The notes beneath the pieces were generated by a model, which saw only the letters and a list, made by a program, of their open reading frames with translations, was not told where the DNA came from and did not search any database. Of a stretch of 64,000 nt of DNA, positions 1-9,643 are shown piece by piece (position 1 is the first letter of the stretch; each line of letters opens with the position of its first letter). Origin of the DNA: a virus (lineage: Duplodnaviria > Caudoviricetes). Position numbers and translations under genes: made by a program. The DNA lies in IMG/VR virus record IMGVR_UViG_2900588628_000001, positions 1 through 64,000 of that record; one strand, given 5' to 3'.

Positions 1-225
1 CACGAGCGCGAGCAGGCGCTCAGACACGGTCCACGCGCGTGGGTCCGCGACGTGATTGGCCGTCGGCACGCCCGCCGACCCGATAGCGCGGCGCAGGTAT
101 TCCGTCATGGTTGCCTCGTGCGCCGTTTCCGGTGTGAGGCATAGCGCGACTTCGTCGCCGAATGCGAGTTCGCGCAATTGCACGTCGAGACGTGCGGTGC
201 GCAGAGGCTGAAAGAGGATGGTCAT
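1..225 (-). CDS. P1-like morphogenesis protein, truncated by window edge (MTILFQPLRTARLDVQLRELAFG...)
   Basis: ATG at 225 overlaps the TGA of the upstream gene (ATGA coupling); frame open to base 1; not in the supplied ORF track. Confidence 0.6.
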   Translation of the reverse strand, partial: MTILFQPLRTARLDVQLRELAFGDEVALCLTPETAHEATMTEYLRRAIGSAGVPTANHVADPRAWTVSERLLALV

Positions 226-1064
226 GTGTTGTAGTAACTCGCGATATCGCGCCGATCAATCGCGTTGAGCGTCGCAACGGTCAACTGAACGGCAACATTG
301 AGCACCGCGCCATCGCGCGAACGCGGGACCGTGATCGGCTTGGACATGCTCTCGATGACGATAGGCAGGATCGTTTGATCGCCGTATTTCATCGCGAGCA
401 ATTGCGGCGCGACAGACGGATAGATGGTTTCGAGCGGGCTTTGCTTGAGGCCGTTTTGCAGCGCGCCCGCGATCACGCCCTGATCGGCGAGATACGACGG
501 AACGGCCCACTGTTCGAGCTGCGTCAGCGGATCGCGCACCTCGCTTTGCGGGTCCGTGAGCGCGCGAAAATGCGCGGTGAAACTGAACTTGATGGGCGGC
601 ATGCCCGAAAACACCTGCGTCGAATTGAGCTTCGTAATGCCGGTGCGGCCGGTCACGTCGCGCAGCGCCTTGCCGACGTCGTTGTTCGCTACGTTGTTGC
701 CGAGCAGCGCCTGCAGGTCGGCCGTGAGCGTGCCCGTTTGCAGCATGCTCGACAGCGTCGGGATCTTCGACTCTGCGCCCGCACCCTCAAACGGACTATT
801 CCAGTTGAACGACATTTCCTGCGAGCCGTCCGTGATCGGTGTGTGCACCTCAAAGCCGTCATCGACTACGAAATTGTCGGCCGACGATACGGTGCGCTTG
901 GCGAAACTCTGTTCCCACCCTTGTCCCGATGAGGAACGCTTGACCGGGTAGAACACCGCGATCAGCCTGGGATTGAGGCCATCCCATTTCGAAGAAAGAA
1001 CCTTGTATGTCGCCTGGCTTCCAGAGGACACCGAGGCGGCGGGCGATGAGTCATTGAACGACAC
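222..1064 (-). CDS. Baseplate / tail tube initiator-like virion protein
   Basis: 280 aa in late operon downstream of sheath; WNSPFE and FSFTAHFRA segments resemble tube-initiator proteins of P1-like phages. Confidence 0.5.
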   Translation of the reverse strand: MSFNDSSPAASVSSGSQATYKVLSSKWDGLNPRLIAVFYPVKRSSSGQGWEQSFAKRTVSSADNFVVDDGFEVHTPITDGSQEMSFNWNSPFEGAGAESKIPTLSSMLQTGTLTADLQALLGNNVANNDVGKALRDVTGRTGITKLNSTQVFSGMPPIKFSFTAHFRALTDPQSEVRDPLTQLEQWAVPSYLADQGVIAGALQNGLKQSPLETIYPSVAPQLLAMKYGDQTILPIVIESMSKPITVPRSRDGAVLNVAVQLTVATLNAIDRRDIASYYNT

Positions 1065-1132
1065 GGCAGCAGTCCGGTAGGGGAGAGGGGAGAGCCGCCC
1101 CGCCAGAGGCAGGGCGGCGGCTCAGTCAGTCT

Positions 1133-1873
1133 TTACAGACCGGCTTTCGAGCGCATGCGCATCGACTTCATGCGCTTGATGGTTGCCGATGCCGAGTGCG
1201 ACTTGCGCAGCATCTTTTTCACGGCGATTTTCTGCTTTGCCGACAGGCGAACCGTGCCCGACACGCGCTTGTTGATGCGCACCTTGTGACCGGCGCGGAA
1301 CGCGACTTTCTTTTTGTACGCGGCGTCGAACATCACTTCGCCAGCGCTATCGAAGACAGCCGTTTGCGCTTCGTCATCGAACGCGAACGAATCGACGTCG
1401 TCAGCCGCCGATTCGTCATCCGTCGGCAGCGAGTCCGCGAGCAGGTCTTTCACGCGGTTAGCCGCGTCGTTGTCGCCGTCATCGAGCAGCGCTGCGCAAT
1501 CGTCATCGGAGACACCCTTGCTGCTCAGGTAGTCCCAGATATAGTCGATCAGCACGGCAGCGACCTGCGATTCGTCATCGCTGATCTCGCCGTCCTTATC
1601 GACGTCGATTGCGCCGATGACCAGCATAAGCAGACGGTCGGCCAGCGTTTCACCGTCGCCGAGCGAGTCGGCATCCGTTGCCGCCCATGCCTGCACGATG
1701 GAGGCCGCCTTGATGCGCAGGTCCGTCGATGCGTAGCCGTTCGGATCGGCCGTCGAATCGTCGTCATTTGCGCCGTCGAACACCGTGCCTTGCGGCGCGG
1801 GCTTTGCAGGCGCAACCGGCGTGAGCGCCCGGCGCAGCATTTCCGAGGCCGGATGAATGTGATTGATGCTCAT
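1133..1873 (-). CDS. Putative prohead core / internal head protein (acidic N-terminus, very basic C-terminus)
   Basis: 246 aa; D-rich body with K/R-rich tail reminiscent of T4 gp68-type core proteins; three V/M-F-D motifs. Confidence 0.45.
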   Translation of the reverse strand: MSINHIHPASEMLRRALTPVAPAKPAPQGTVFDGANDDDSTADPNGYASTDLRIKAASIVQAWAATDADSLGDGETLADRLLMLVIGAIDVDKDGEISDDESQVAAVLIDYIWDYLSSKGVSDDDCAALLDDGDNDAANRVKDLLADSLPTDDESAADDVDSFAFDDEAQTAVFDSAGEVMFDAAYKKKVAFRAGHKVRINKRVSGTVRLSAKQKIAVKKMLRKSHSASATIKRMKSMRMRSKAGL

Positions 1874-1882
1874 GATTTCCCT

Positions 1883-3505
1883 TTACTTGGAAACGGTTTG
1901 CGTGAGGTAGATCGCGCGTGCGACACCGTCGAAATGCAGCCAGTAACCGACGTCGATACGGTCGGCCGGACGCTGCACGTTGCGAGCGACGGTGAATGTG
2001 TAGCCGTCGTTGCCTAGCTCGTCGGATTCGACCAGCCAGTTCGAACTGCGCGCACCGTCAAACAGCGCCTTGAGGAAGTCATTCATCTTTTTCAGAGCGA
2101 CTTCCATCGGGTTTTGCAGCGCTTCTTTGCCGTACTTCGAAATCATGTCGTCAATCGAGCCCGACATTTCCGAGACGGAAATCAGCTTGAGATACCCGGT
2201 CGTTTTCTTCGAGGTGATCGAATCGGTGAAAACGAACTTGCCGCCGCCGTTGTACTTTTCGTACAGCACCGGGTTGCAGCCTGCCGCCGCGAGGTCGCTC
2301 TTTTCGGTGATGTCATCGGGCGTCGTGATCTGCTTGACGCCGGTACGCGGCAGCGCGAACGCCTTACCCGCAATCGGGTAGTTCTTCGGCGCGAGGCCAT
2401 TGGCGTTCGTCTGTGCGTTGCGTGCACAGCGCAGACCCGCCTGCAGGCCGCCCACGCCGATGATCGCCTTGCCGCCATTGACCGGGTCATCGGTCTTGAG
2501 CGGAGCCCAGTACAGGCTCACATACTCCGTATCGAGCCCAAGCTGCGCGATGAACGTCTGTGCGGCCGCGACCGTGAGGCCGCCCGGAACGTCGATGATG
2601 AACAGGCGGTTTGCGCGGATATTCAACGCGGCTTGCTTCGCGAGCAGCGCCACGGTTTGCGTGCCGCCGCTAATCATGTAGCCGTAGTCGTGCGTCGATT
2701 TTTCCAGAGCCGCGATGACGCGGTCATAGTCATCGTTCACGTACCCGGTTCCGCCTTCCGTGAACAGCACCATCACGCCGCTCGATGCGGTCTTTTGCGT
2801 GCCGTCCGTCGCGCGACCGTAGCAGTCTGCAAGTGCGGGAATGCTCGCGCCAGCGTATGCCGTCACTTCGATCAGGTCCGTCTGTTCCGCGATCAGCGAG
2901 CCGATGAAATAGTCGTTGCCGTATTCATCGACAGCAGCCGGGTCGAGCGAGCCCGTTTCCTGCAGGCGGATGGTCGTGCCGTCCGGGTCATAGATCGTGA
3001 GCGTGATTTCCTTGTTCGCGATCACTGCGCCGGTGCCGTCGGTTGTCTTCAACGCGCTCACGGTGTAGATCGAACCGTCGTTGTAGCATTCGAGGTCTTT
3101 CAGCGCGAAGACATACGCGTCCGTCGGCAGGGCCGGAACCGATGCGAACGACGATGCGCCGGTTTGCGAGTCGATGCGATAGACGAGATAGTTGTTGGTC
3201 GCGGTTTCCGGGCTCAGGCGGCACACGACAGCGTTACGTGCGCCGTTGTTGACGGCCTCGTAAGTCTGCACATAGGCCTCGTTGAGCGCGGACACGCGCA
3301 GCGATTCGGGCTTGCCGAGACGCCGCTTGATGTTGCCGCGATCCACCAGAAAAGGTGCATCAATCCGGCCGCGCTTGAAACGGCCAATGACCGAAATGAC
3401 CTGATCGCTCTGATCGGTCACAAAGCCATCGGTTTCGTCGCGCTTCGGATTCAGTTGCACGCCCGGCTGATTGCCGAGCGAGCGGGTATGCGCGTAAAAA
3501 GACAT
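1883..3505 (-). CDS. Contractile tail sheath protein (P1 gp22-like)
   Basis: 540 aa; N-terminal PGVQLN and IGRFKRGRID, C-terminal RIDVGYWLHFDGVARAI; next to the capsid gene as in P1. Confidence 0.8.
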   Translation of the reverse strand: MSFYAHTRSLGNQPGVQLNPKRDETDGFVTDQSDQVISVIGRFKRGRIDAPFLVDRGNIKRRLGKPESLRVSALNEAYVQTYEAVNNGARNAVVCRLSPETATNNYLVYRIDSQTGASSFASVPALPTDAYVFALKDLECYNDGSIYTVSALKTTDGTGAVIANKEITLTIYDPDGTTIRLQETGSLDPAAVDEYGNDYFIGSLIAEQTDLIEVTAYAGASIPALADCYGRATDGTQKTASSGVMVLFTEGGTGYVNDDYDRVIAALEKSTHDYGYMISGGTQTVALLAKQAALNIRANRLFIIDVPGGLTVAAAQTFIAQLGLDTEYVSLYWAPLKTDDPVNGGKAIIGVGGLQAGLRCARNAQTNANGLAPKNYPIAGKAFALPRTGVKQITTPDDITEKSDLAAAGCNPVLYEKYNGGGKFVFTDSITSKKTTGYLKLISVSEMSGSIDDMISKYGKEALQNPMEVALKKMNDFLKALFDGARSSNWLVESDELGNDGYTFTVARNVQRPADRIDVGYWLHFDGVARAIYLTQTVSK

Positions 3506-3542
3506 GGTTTCCCCTTGATGCGTTTAAACCGTGCGGCTTGCC

Positions 3543-3914
3543 TTAGGCCGTTTCGCCCTTGTCGTCGCCCGTCGATTCAGCCGTTTCCGCCACTTCTGCC
3601 GTATCGTCGCTGTCCAGTTCCGTGACGTGCAGCGCGTGCGTTTCCGGGTCCGAGTCCTTTTCCGGCTTGTTGTGATCGCTCAGTTCGAGCAGGAACAGGC
3701 AATCCTGTTTCGCGCGCGTCAGTGCGTCCGCGTCCTGAATGTGGATCTTTTCCTTCGAACTGGCTTCGACATACGTGCCGCCGATCACACGCGGGATTGC
3801 CGTGTTGTTGACGATCTGCATGTGACGCGGGAACTGCGACGTATCGACGGTTTCGGCGATGGCCGTTGCAACGGCGGGCTTCTTCGGTGCTGCAGTGGTA
3901 TTGCGCGGAGGCAT
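3543..3914 (-). CDS. Small virion-associated protein between capsid and sheath genes
   Basis: 123 aa, AAGGA RBS, position in late operon. Confidence 0.6.
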   Translation of the reverse strand: MPPRNTTAAPKKPAVATAIAETVDTSQFPRHMQIVNNTAIPRVIGGTYVEASSKEKIHIQDADALTRAKQDCLFLLELSDHNKPEKDSDPETHALHVTELDSDDTAEVAETAESTGDDKGETA

Positions 3915-3944
3915 TGCGGTTTCCTTATCGGAGCAGGTTGGGAA

Positions 3945-3977
3945 ACGGCGGCACTAGCGAAAAGCCAGTGCCGCCGT
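3945..3977 (-). terminator. Hairpin after the capsid gene (weak terminator or mRNA stabiliser)
   Basis: 11-bp inverted repeat ACGGCGGCACT/AGTGCCGCCGT with only a short U run. Confidence 0.45.
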
Positions 3978-4014
3978 CAGGTGCCCCGCGCACGGCGCGC
4001 GGAGCCGTGCGGGC

Positions 4015-5673
4015 TTACTTGAGGGTGGTAACCGTGATGCGAGCCGCGCCCTTGGTGGACATTTGGTGCGGGTTGACCGCGTTGAACGAGCGCGAGGTGA
4101 AGCCGTAGCCCGACTTGAGCGCTTCGGTCACGCCCAGTTGTTCGAGCATCGGTGCCTGAGCGTCGCCCATGATGATCGGGCAGCGTGCCGTCTGCGTCGA
4201 ACGGCCCACGCACAGGATTTCAGCCGAGGAGCCGTCCGGTGCCTCGTTGACCACCTTCGGCGAGTAGTACACCTCGAACTGGCCGAACAGGCGGCCAACG
4301 CGGTAGATACCCGGGCGGTCCACGATGCCCGACGAAACGAACAGTTCCTGCGGCATCGAGCGGAATTGCGCCGCAACCGACTTCGTCACGTACAGGTGCG
4401 TGACGCCGTGATCTGCCGTGTCTTCGGCCATCTTCTGCGACACGAGGCCGAGTACTGCGGCGAAGTCCTGCCAGATTTGCGCACGGACCTTTTGCTGGAT
4501 CTGCACGCTGTACTGGTAGTCGAACGTGGCCGTGTTCTGGAACTGGCCGATCATCTTCGCCTTGCGCAGCGCGTCGTAATGACGCTCCATCGCGAACTGG
4601 CCGCGCACCGTCAGCATGGCCTCTGCGCCTGCATCGACGCCGACTTCGTTCGCGAACTGCGAGCGAGCTTCCGGCGTGACTTGGTACAGCGCACGGTACG
4701 GCGACGCGAACAGTTGGAACATTTGCGCCTGCACCTGCATACGCGGCGTGACGCTCGCGTCCGCTTCGTAGTCCAGGAACGATTCAGCCGTAACAGCCGT
4801 GCCGACCGGGAAAGCAGGCGTGGGGGTAACCGTCACTTCGCCGGTGCCCGGCTTCACGATGCCCGACAGCGCGTAGTCCGTGCCGTTGAGGTTGATCGTG
4901 CCGACGATGGGAACCTGAGCGGCCGACGACGGGCCGTTTGCAACTTCCGTTGCTGCCACAAGGCCATTCACGTAGATGATCGAACGGCCGCGCAGCAGAA
5001 TGTTTGCGTTGCCGCCGCCCGTTTGCGCCGTGAATGCGAAGTGATAGTCGGTCACACCCGCGCCCGCGTTCGGTGCCGTCAGCGTGGAGGTACGCGAGGA
5101 AGCGAGATACGAGCCGCCCTGCTTGATACCGTCCATCAGGTCGCCTTGGTTGTAATCACCAAAGTTCGAGCCTGCCTGGTGCGTCACGATGATGAGACGC
5201 GCCTCGTTCGAGCCACGGTCGGCAGGCAGATAGCCTGCAAACGGGCATGCTTCCGCGAGCGCGCCGAGAATCGCGACAACAGGCGCGTTCGGTGCGAGCG
5301 AAATCTGATCGTGGTGGCTGTTCGTCAACGAGTCGAACAGCGTATCGGCCTGATGCAGCGCCGACAGAATCACGTCGCCCGACGGCAACATGCCGTGCTG
5401 ACGCTCGTACTGACGTACACCGTCGAACAGCGCGCCAACGAGGTCTTTCTCGCCGTCGGTGTTGCCGACCTTGCCGAGCACTTCCGTGAGGATTTGGGGC
5501 GTGTTGCCCGGTTCGTTTGCCAGTGCCGTGCCAGCATGCGTGGCCGCTGCCGCCGAGTCGAACATCGTCGTGCCCGAATCTTTTGCGACGTTCGCGACGG
5601 TGCTATGCACGAACTTTTCGATTGCCGACTGATCGGCGAGATTGAATTTGCCTGCGTTCGGAGTTCCGCTCAT
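4015..5673 (-). CDS. Major capsid protein precursor (P1 gp23-like)
   Basis: 552 aa from ATG 5673 (AGGA RBS; the track start at 5739 overlaps the late -10 element); size, position next to sheath and IYRVGRLFGQFEVYYSP are typical of P1-like capsids. Confidence 0.8.
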   Translation of the reverse strand: MSGTPNAGKFNLADQSAIEKFVHSTVANVAKDSGTTMFDSAAAATHAGTALANEPGNTPQILTEVLGKVGNTDGEKDLVGALFDGVRQYERQHGMLPSGDVILSALHQADTLFDSLTNSHHDQISLAPNAPVVAILGALAEACPFAGYLPADRGSNEARLIIVTHQAGSNFGDYNQGDLMDGIKQGGSYLASSRTSTLTAPNAGAGVTDYHFAFTAQTGGGNANILLRGRSIIYVNGLVAATEVANGPSSAAQVPIVGTINLNGTDYALSGIVKPGTGEVTVTPTPAFPVGTAVTAESFLDYEADASVTPRMQVQAQMFQLFASPYRALYQVTPEARSQFANEVGVDAGAEAMLTVRGQFAMERHYDALRKAKMIGQFQNTATFDYQYSVQIQQKVRAQIWQDFAAVLGLVSQKMAEDTADHGVTHLYVTKSVAAQFRSMPQELFVSSGIVDRPGIYRVGRLFGQFEVYYSPKVVNEAPDGSSAEILCVGRSTQTARCPIIMGDAQAPMLEQLGVTEALKSGYGFTSRSFNAVNPHQMSTKGAARITVTTLK

Positions 5674-5737
5674 TGTCCTAACCTTGAAAGATGGTTTCTC
5701 AAACAAGAGCAAGGGAACTTGCTCTGATCGAGATTTC

Positions 5738-5780
5738 ATTTTCAGAGCGAAATTTCAGGTGTCCGTGTCGAGTTTTCCTA
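5738..5780 (-). promoter_or_regulatory. Late promoter for the capsid operon
   Basis: TAGGAAAA (5780-5773), 29-nt spacer, GAAAAT (5743-5738). Confidence 0.75.
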
Positions 5781-5819
5781 AGTCACGAACACCTCTCACA
5801 ACGAGGCGGGGTGGGGCTC

Positions 5820-6308
5820 TCAGACGATGCCGAGTTGCGCTTTCAACGAGTCGCGTTTGGTCGTTGCATCCGCAATCTGAGCGTTGAGGGCGGTAACTTT
5901 GTGCTGCAATACCGCCTCGATCTTTGGCGCGGCGGTGCGAATCGTGCCGGGCAGCGCGACCTTCTGGCGGGCCTGCTTCTGCTGAAACTTCGAGCGGCCC
6001 TTATCCATCGCCGCAACGATTTCCTTGATCGCGGCGGCGTGATCGTCGGGGTTCTTCAAAGGCAGCGATTGCCCGTTGAGGCGAACCTGCGCAACGTCGC
6101 CGGACGCGTTCACGCCAAAGCGCACCTGTTGCGAGTCGGAGAACGCGAACTGCACTTCGCGATACTCGACGCCAAGCGTCTTTTTCGTTTTCGGATCGAC
6201 GTCCACAGTCGCGACCGTCGCACCGGCGCGCTGGAATGCACGCACCGCGTCCTTGATCGACTTGTCTTTGTGGGAGAGGTTGTAAATGTCGAAAATCAGG
6301 TTCTTCAT
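5820..6308 (-). CDS. hdf: Hdf-like protein (DarA N-terminal domain family)
   Basis: 162 aa; FAFSDSQQVRFGVNASGDVAQVRLNG matches the DarA_N/Hdf pattern, followed by a coiled coil. Confidence 0.65.
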   Translation of the reverse strand: MKNLIFDIYNLSHKDKSIKDAVRAFQRAGATVATVDVDPKTKKTLGVEYREVQFAFSDSQQVRFGVNASGDVAQVRLNGQSLPLKNPDDHAAAIKEIVAAMDKGRSKFQQKQARQKVALPGTIRTAAPKIEAVLQHKVTALNAQIADATTKRDSLKAQLGIV

Positions 6309-6315
6309 GGTTGCC

Positions 6316-6927
6316 TTATGACTTGATCGGTGCGCCCGTCGTTGAGCCCGTCTCAGGGTGCTTGTGGCCGCTTACGCTCACGCCTGCGGCGGTCACGTCT
6401 TCGCTAAAGTTAGCGCCGCCCTGCACAGTGATCGCCTTGCCGCCGCCCGCACCGGCCTTGCCCGTCATACCGCCGTTAAACGTGAGCAGGCCGCCCACCG
6501 TGAGGTTTCCGCTCACGTTGGTATCGGTGCTGTCTACGTTCGTTGTCGTCGCCTCTACGTGCACGGTTTCGCCCTTCACATGCACGAGCGTGTTAGCGAT
6601 GACCTCAAACGTGTTGTCAGCGTTGAACTGAAAGTTTGCGTGGAAGAAACGCCGCCAGTCGATGCCGTTTTCCTGATTCTTTGGCCGATAGCCGACGATC
6701 ACCGGGTGACGGGTATCGCCCGCTTCGAACGCGATCCAGACGCGGTCACCGGCCTTGATGCGGATCTCCGTTTCCTCGCTGTTGTCGCCGATGGGATTGC
6801 ACAGTTGCGCGAGCGGCATCACGGCCGCTCCATCGGTGAGGCCCGGAATGCTGATCCGGTATTGACGGCCCTCGCGGTCATCGTCAGTCACAGACGCGAC
6901 GACAGCGGGCAGAAGTCCGCCGATCAT
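6316..6927 (-). CDS. Baseplate central spike (gpV / P1 gp5-like)
   Basis: OB-fold signature GDRVWIAFEAGD..HPVIVG, beta-helix repeats, apex HxH (SGHKHPE). Confidence 0.85.
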   Translation of the reverse strand: MIGGLLPAVVASVTDDDREGRQYRISIPGLTDGAAVMPLAQLCNPIGDNSEETEIRIKAGDRVWIAFEAGDTRHPVIVGYRPKNQENGIDWRRFFHANFQFNADNTFEVIANTLVHVKGETVHVEATTTNVDSTDTNVSGNLTVGGLLTFNGGMTGKAGAGGGKAITVQGGANFSEDVTAAGVSVSGHKHPETGSTTGAPIKS

Positions 6928-7805
6928 GATGAAAGACTCCCAAGCCAGATACGGGTGTATTGCTGCTGCGCGTCGCCGCCCGTCCCGTTTTTCATCACCT
7001 GCGCGACGGTCATCGCGACAAGGGGCGTCCCGCGAATCGAGACGACGTCACCGGCGCGGATAGTAGGGCGCACCTTGCCGGTGATGACCCGGCGACGCAC
7101 GAGCACACGGCCCATAGCGGCGAGCGCGCGAGCGCTCTTGCGCGGCGCGTATTCGGAGCGCTGCCACGGGTTATTACGCGGACCTGAAATGATCGAACCG
7201 TCGGCGGCAACGGAGTAATAGACGGGCACCTCATCGGCTACGATGAACTCGCTCACCACGCCCTCAGAGTCCACGCCGTCCATTGAATCGACGGGCACCT
7301 GTGCCATGAGGTCGCGCAGGCTCATCGACTGCAGAGAGCCGCCGCGCCACATAAGCACAGACGATTCCTCTTGCAGCACGCGGGCAATCTGAAACGTCGG
7401 AATGTTGCCGATCAGGCAGGCGCAGCCGCTCACCGGCAAGTCACCCTTGATGGGGACATTTGCGCCGCACGCTCGATAGATACCCGAAAGACTCGTGTTC
7501 TCGAAGGCGACAGCCTGGGAGCGCGGGCGCGCGACGTCGGCAATTGAATCCGGGTACGCGGTGATCGAAACGGCGTTGATCGGCTCTTTACCCTGCGGGC
7601 CGCCGCCGACATTCACAATGGGCTCAGTGTGGACAATGCGAAACGCAGTCGAGTTGACCGTGATGACGGCGTTGTCCTTGAACGTCGCGGCCGTGTCCTG
7701 CGTGACGCGCACCTGTGCCTCGAACGTGTACGGGATCGGTGCGAGGTCGGAGCGGAGCACGGCAGACAGGATCATGTCGCCGCGCATGTTGGCGACTTCG
7801 ATCAC
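6924..7805 (-). CDS. Baseplate hub protein (P1 gp6-like)
   Basis: 293 aa directly upstream of spike; RPTIRAGDVV motif of hub/late-control-D-like proteins. Confidence 0.55.
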   Translation of the reverse strand: MIEVANMRGDMILSAVLRSDLAPIPYTFEAQVRVTQDTAATFKDNAVITVNSTAFRIVHTEPIVNVGGGPQGKEPINAVSITAYPDSIADVARPRSQAVAFENTSLSGIYRACGANVPIKGDLPVSGCACLIGNIPTFQIARVLQEESSVLMWRGGSLQSMSLRDLMAQVPVDSMDGVDSEGVVSEFIVADEVPVYYSVAADGSIISGPRNNPWQRSEYAPRKSARALAAMGRVLVRRRVITGKVRPTIRAGDVVSIRGTPLVAMTVAQVMKNGTGGDAQQQYTRIWLGSLSS

Positions 7806-8035
7806 TTGCGCGCCTCGTGCTCGCGGCCCTGTGCGTAGAAGCGATAGGACGCGCTATCGACCTCGCCCGCACAGTTCGCACAGACGTAGCGCTGGCGCAG
7901 ACGACTCCCCGGCAAGATGGGCGTGAAAACGTGCGACGTGCAGGCGTCGAGCCGCGCGCGGTTCGCTTTCGCGGCTTCGGTGACGGCCGCGAGATAGGCG
8001 GCCGTGAGCATGGGAGTAGCGGGCTTTTGCATCAC
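7802..8035 (-). CDS. Small Cys/His-containing hypothetical protein
   Basis: 77 aa with CxxH...CxxC; 4-nt overlaps with both neighbours. Confidence 0.55.
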   Translation of the reverse strand: MMQKPATPMLTAAYLAAVTEAAKANRARLDACTSHVFTPILPGSRLRQRYVCANCAGEVDSASYRFYAQGREHEARK

Positions 8036-8526
8036 ACAACTTCGACGGTTTGGGCGAACGCGAGACGCGGCAAGTCCTGCGTTTCATAGGTGCGAATGTC
8101 GGCCTCTACCTGATCGACCGTGCGGCCGTACACCTCAACGCCAAGCTGTTTCGATGCTTCGAGCGCGCGCGCGTTTTCACGCTCAACGTAGAGCATGAAA
8201 AGCGGGCGGATAACGAACCATTCGCCATCGGTGATATCGGAATCTTTCGATAGCTTCGACGTCGGCGCGGGGTAGGTCGGCACCTGCGCAGGGCGCGGCG
8301 CTGCGTCGAAAATCGTGCCGTTATAGCCGATCACCACTTCGGCGGCCGGGTCCGGCTGCGGACACGTCGGCGGCGGATCGACCATAACGACAGGGTCAAC
8401 ACTCGCGATGTGCGCATAGCCGAGATAGACGCGCGCAGCATTCACCGCCTGTTGGTTGTAATCGTCATCGCTGATGACGATGCCATAGGACCAACGGACG
8501 GTGTTCGCGAGTTCAACGAGCTTCAC
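8032..8526 (-). CDS. Virion protein, possibly head-tail adaptor
   Basis: True start most likely GTG 8526 right after the tube stop; the longer track ORF overlaps the tube gene. Confidence 0.5.
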   Translation of the reverse strand: MKLVELANTVRWSYGIVISDDDYNQQAVNAARVYLGYAHIASVDPVVMVDPPPTCPQPDPAAEVVIGYNGTIFDAAPRPAQVPTYPAPTSKLSKDSDITDGEWFVIRPLFMLYVERENARALEASKQLGVEVYGRTVDQVEADIRTYETQDLPRLAFAQTVEVV

Positions 8527-8528
8527 GA

Positions 8529-9014
8529 TTAGATATTCCCCGGAATGTCGTCGCCGGTGTAATGGAAAAAGATCGTGCCGCTCAGGAGAATGACCTGCGA
8601 GCGGTTTTCCCAGTCGCGGTCCACGTCCTCGAACTGGATGAAACAGTCCGTGATGCGCCAGCCGCGCTTGTACTGTTCCATCGTGCCGTGATAGATCGCG
8701 GCGTCGAACCGGCCGCCATTCGCCTGCAGCGAGCGGATAAAGTTCTGAACGTGACCGTCTTCGGTTTCGTAAAACGCGATCTGACCTTGATGGTTGATCT
8801 TTGCCTGCTGCGACTGAAACGTTTCCGTGCCGAGCGGGCCGGGAATGGGGATTTCGCCGTTCGAGGACAGGACCGGCTGCGGGAACTGCTTGCAAAGCAA
8901 GCGCATGTCCTCGTAACCGACGGGCACAAACATGCCATCACTGCTGATGGCCTTGTCACCCATTGCCTGTACCGTGCCGAGTACCGTTTTAAGGTAATTG
9001 CCGGTGCTAATCAT
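8529..9014 (-). CDS. Tail tube protein (P1 BplB-like)
   Basis: 161 aa beta-rich; LLCKQFPQP..GEI.IPGPLG and QIAFYET motifs; has its own late promoter. Confidence 0.65.
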   Translation of the reverse strand: MISTGNYLKTVLGTVQAMGDKAISSDGMFVPVGYEDMRLLCKQFPQPVLSSNGEIPIPGPLGTETFQSQQAKINHQGQIAFYETEDGHVQNFIRSLQANGGRFDAAIYHGTMEQYKRGWRITDCFIQFEDVDRDWENRSQVILLSGTIFFHYTGDDIPGNI

Positions 9015-9049
9015 GTGCGTGTCACCTGAAAATGTTGGAGTGCCGATTG

Positions 9050-9092
9050 ATTTTCAGGGCCGTTTCTGGCTTGACTCGCGCGTGTTTTCCTA
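9050..9092 (-). promoter_or_regulatory. Late promoter for the tube operon
   Basis: TAGGAAAA (9092-9085), N29, GAAAAT. Confidence 0.75.
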
Positions 9093-9105
9093 AAGCTGCG
9101 GACGC

Positions 9106-9130
9106 AAAAAAGCCCGCTCGCGGCGGGCTT
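9106..9130 (-). terminator. Intrinsic terminator
   Basis: GCCCGC stem followed by U6 on the - strand. Confidence 0.75.
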
Positions 9131-9152
9131 GGTGTGGGCGTTTTTGCCTGGC

Positions 9153-9578
9153 TTACATGCGCTTTAGAACCTGCTCGCGCACGTACTTCATGCGCGGGAT
9201 GACATAGGCGTTGTCCTGTTCGGGCAGTTCGATCACATGCGCGCGCACAAGGTTCGCTTTCGCGCGGACCATTACGTCCGTCGGCTGAAAGTAGTCCGAC
9301 TGTGCCAGCTTGCCGTCATGCTGAAGCATCACCACGCCCGCCGCTTCGAGCGCCATGCAGTATTCGACCTCGCGGGCCGGGCTCGATGCCGCACCGCTGA
9401 AATCTACGCCGGTCGTGCAGAGGTCGGCTTTCGTCGCGAGCGCCTGCTCGCCGCCGCTTTTATAGGTCGCCAGCGCGTCCTTTACTGCCCGGTCCAGATT
9501 CGCCTGATCGGCGAAAGCGGGCAGGGCGGCAAGGGCGAACGCGGCGGCGATGAACAGCTTTTTGTAGCGCATGGTCAT
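9153..9578 (-). CDS. Exported (signal peptide) protein of unknown function
   Basis: MRYKKLFIAAAFALAALPAFA-DQ is a classic SPase I signal; two Cys in the mature part. Confidence 0.7.
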   Translation of the reverse strand: MTMRYKKLFIAAAFALAALPAFADQANLDRAVKDALATYKSGGEQALATKADLCTTGVDFSGAASSPAREVEYCMALEAAGVVMLQHDGKLAQSDYFQPTDVMVRAKANLVRAHVIELPEQDNAYVIPRMKYVREQVLKRM

Positions 9579-9643
9579 TTCCACGTTGAAAAATTTTGGC
9601 GAGTGTGCCATGTGCCCTTACGTTTTCCTAGCCCCTTTTGCGG

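Noticed and set aside
9623-9630. Extra TAGGAAAA box upstream of the exported protein gene
   Set aside because: No matching -10-like hexamer at the fixed 29-nt spacing.
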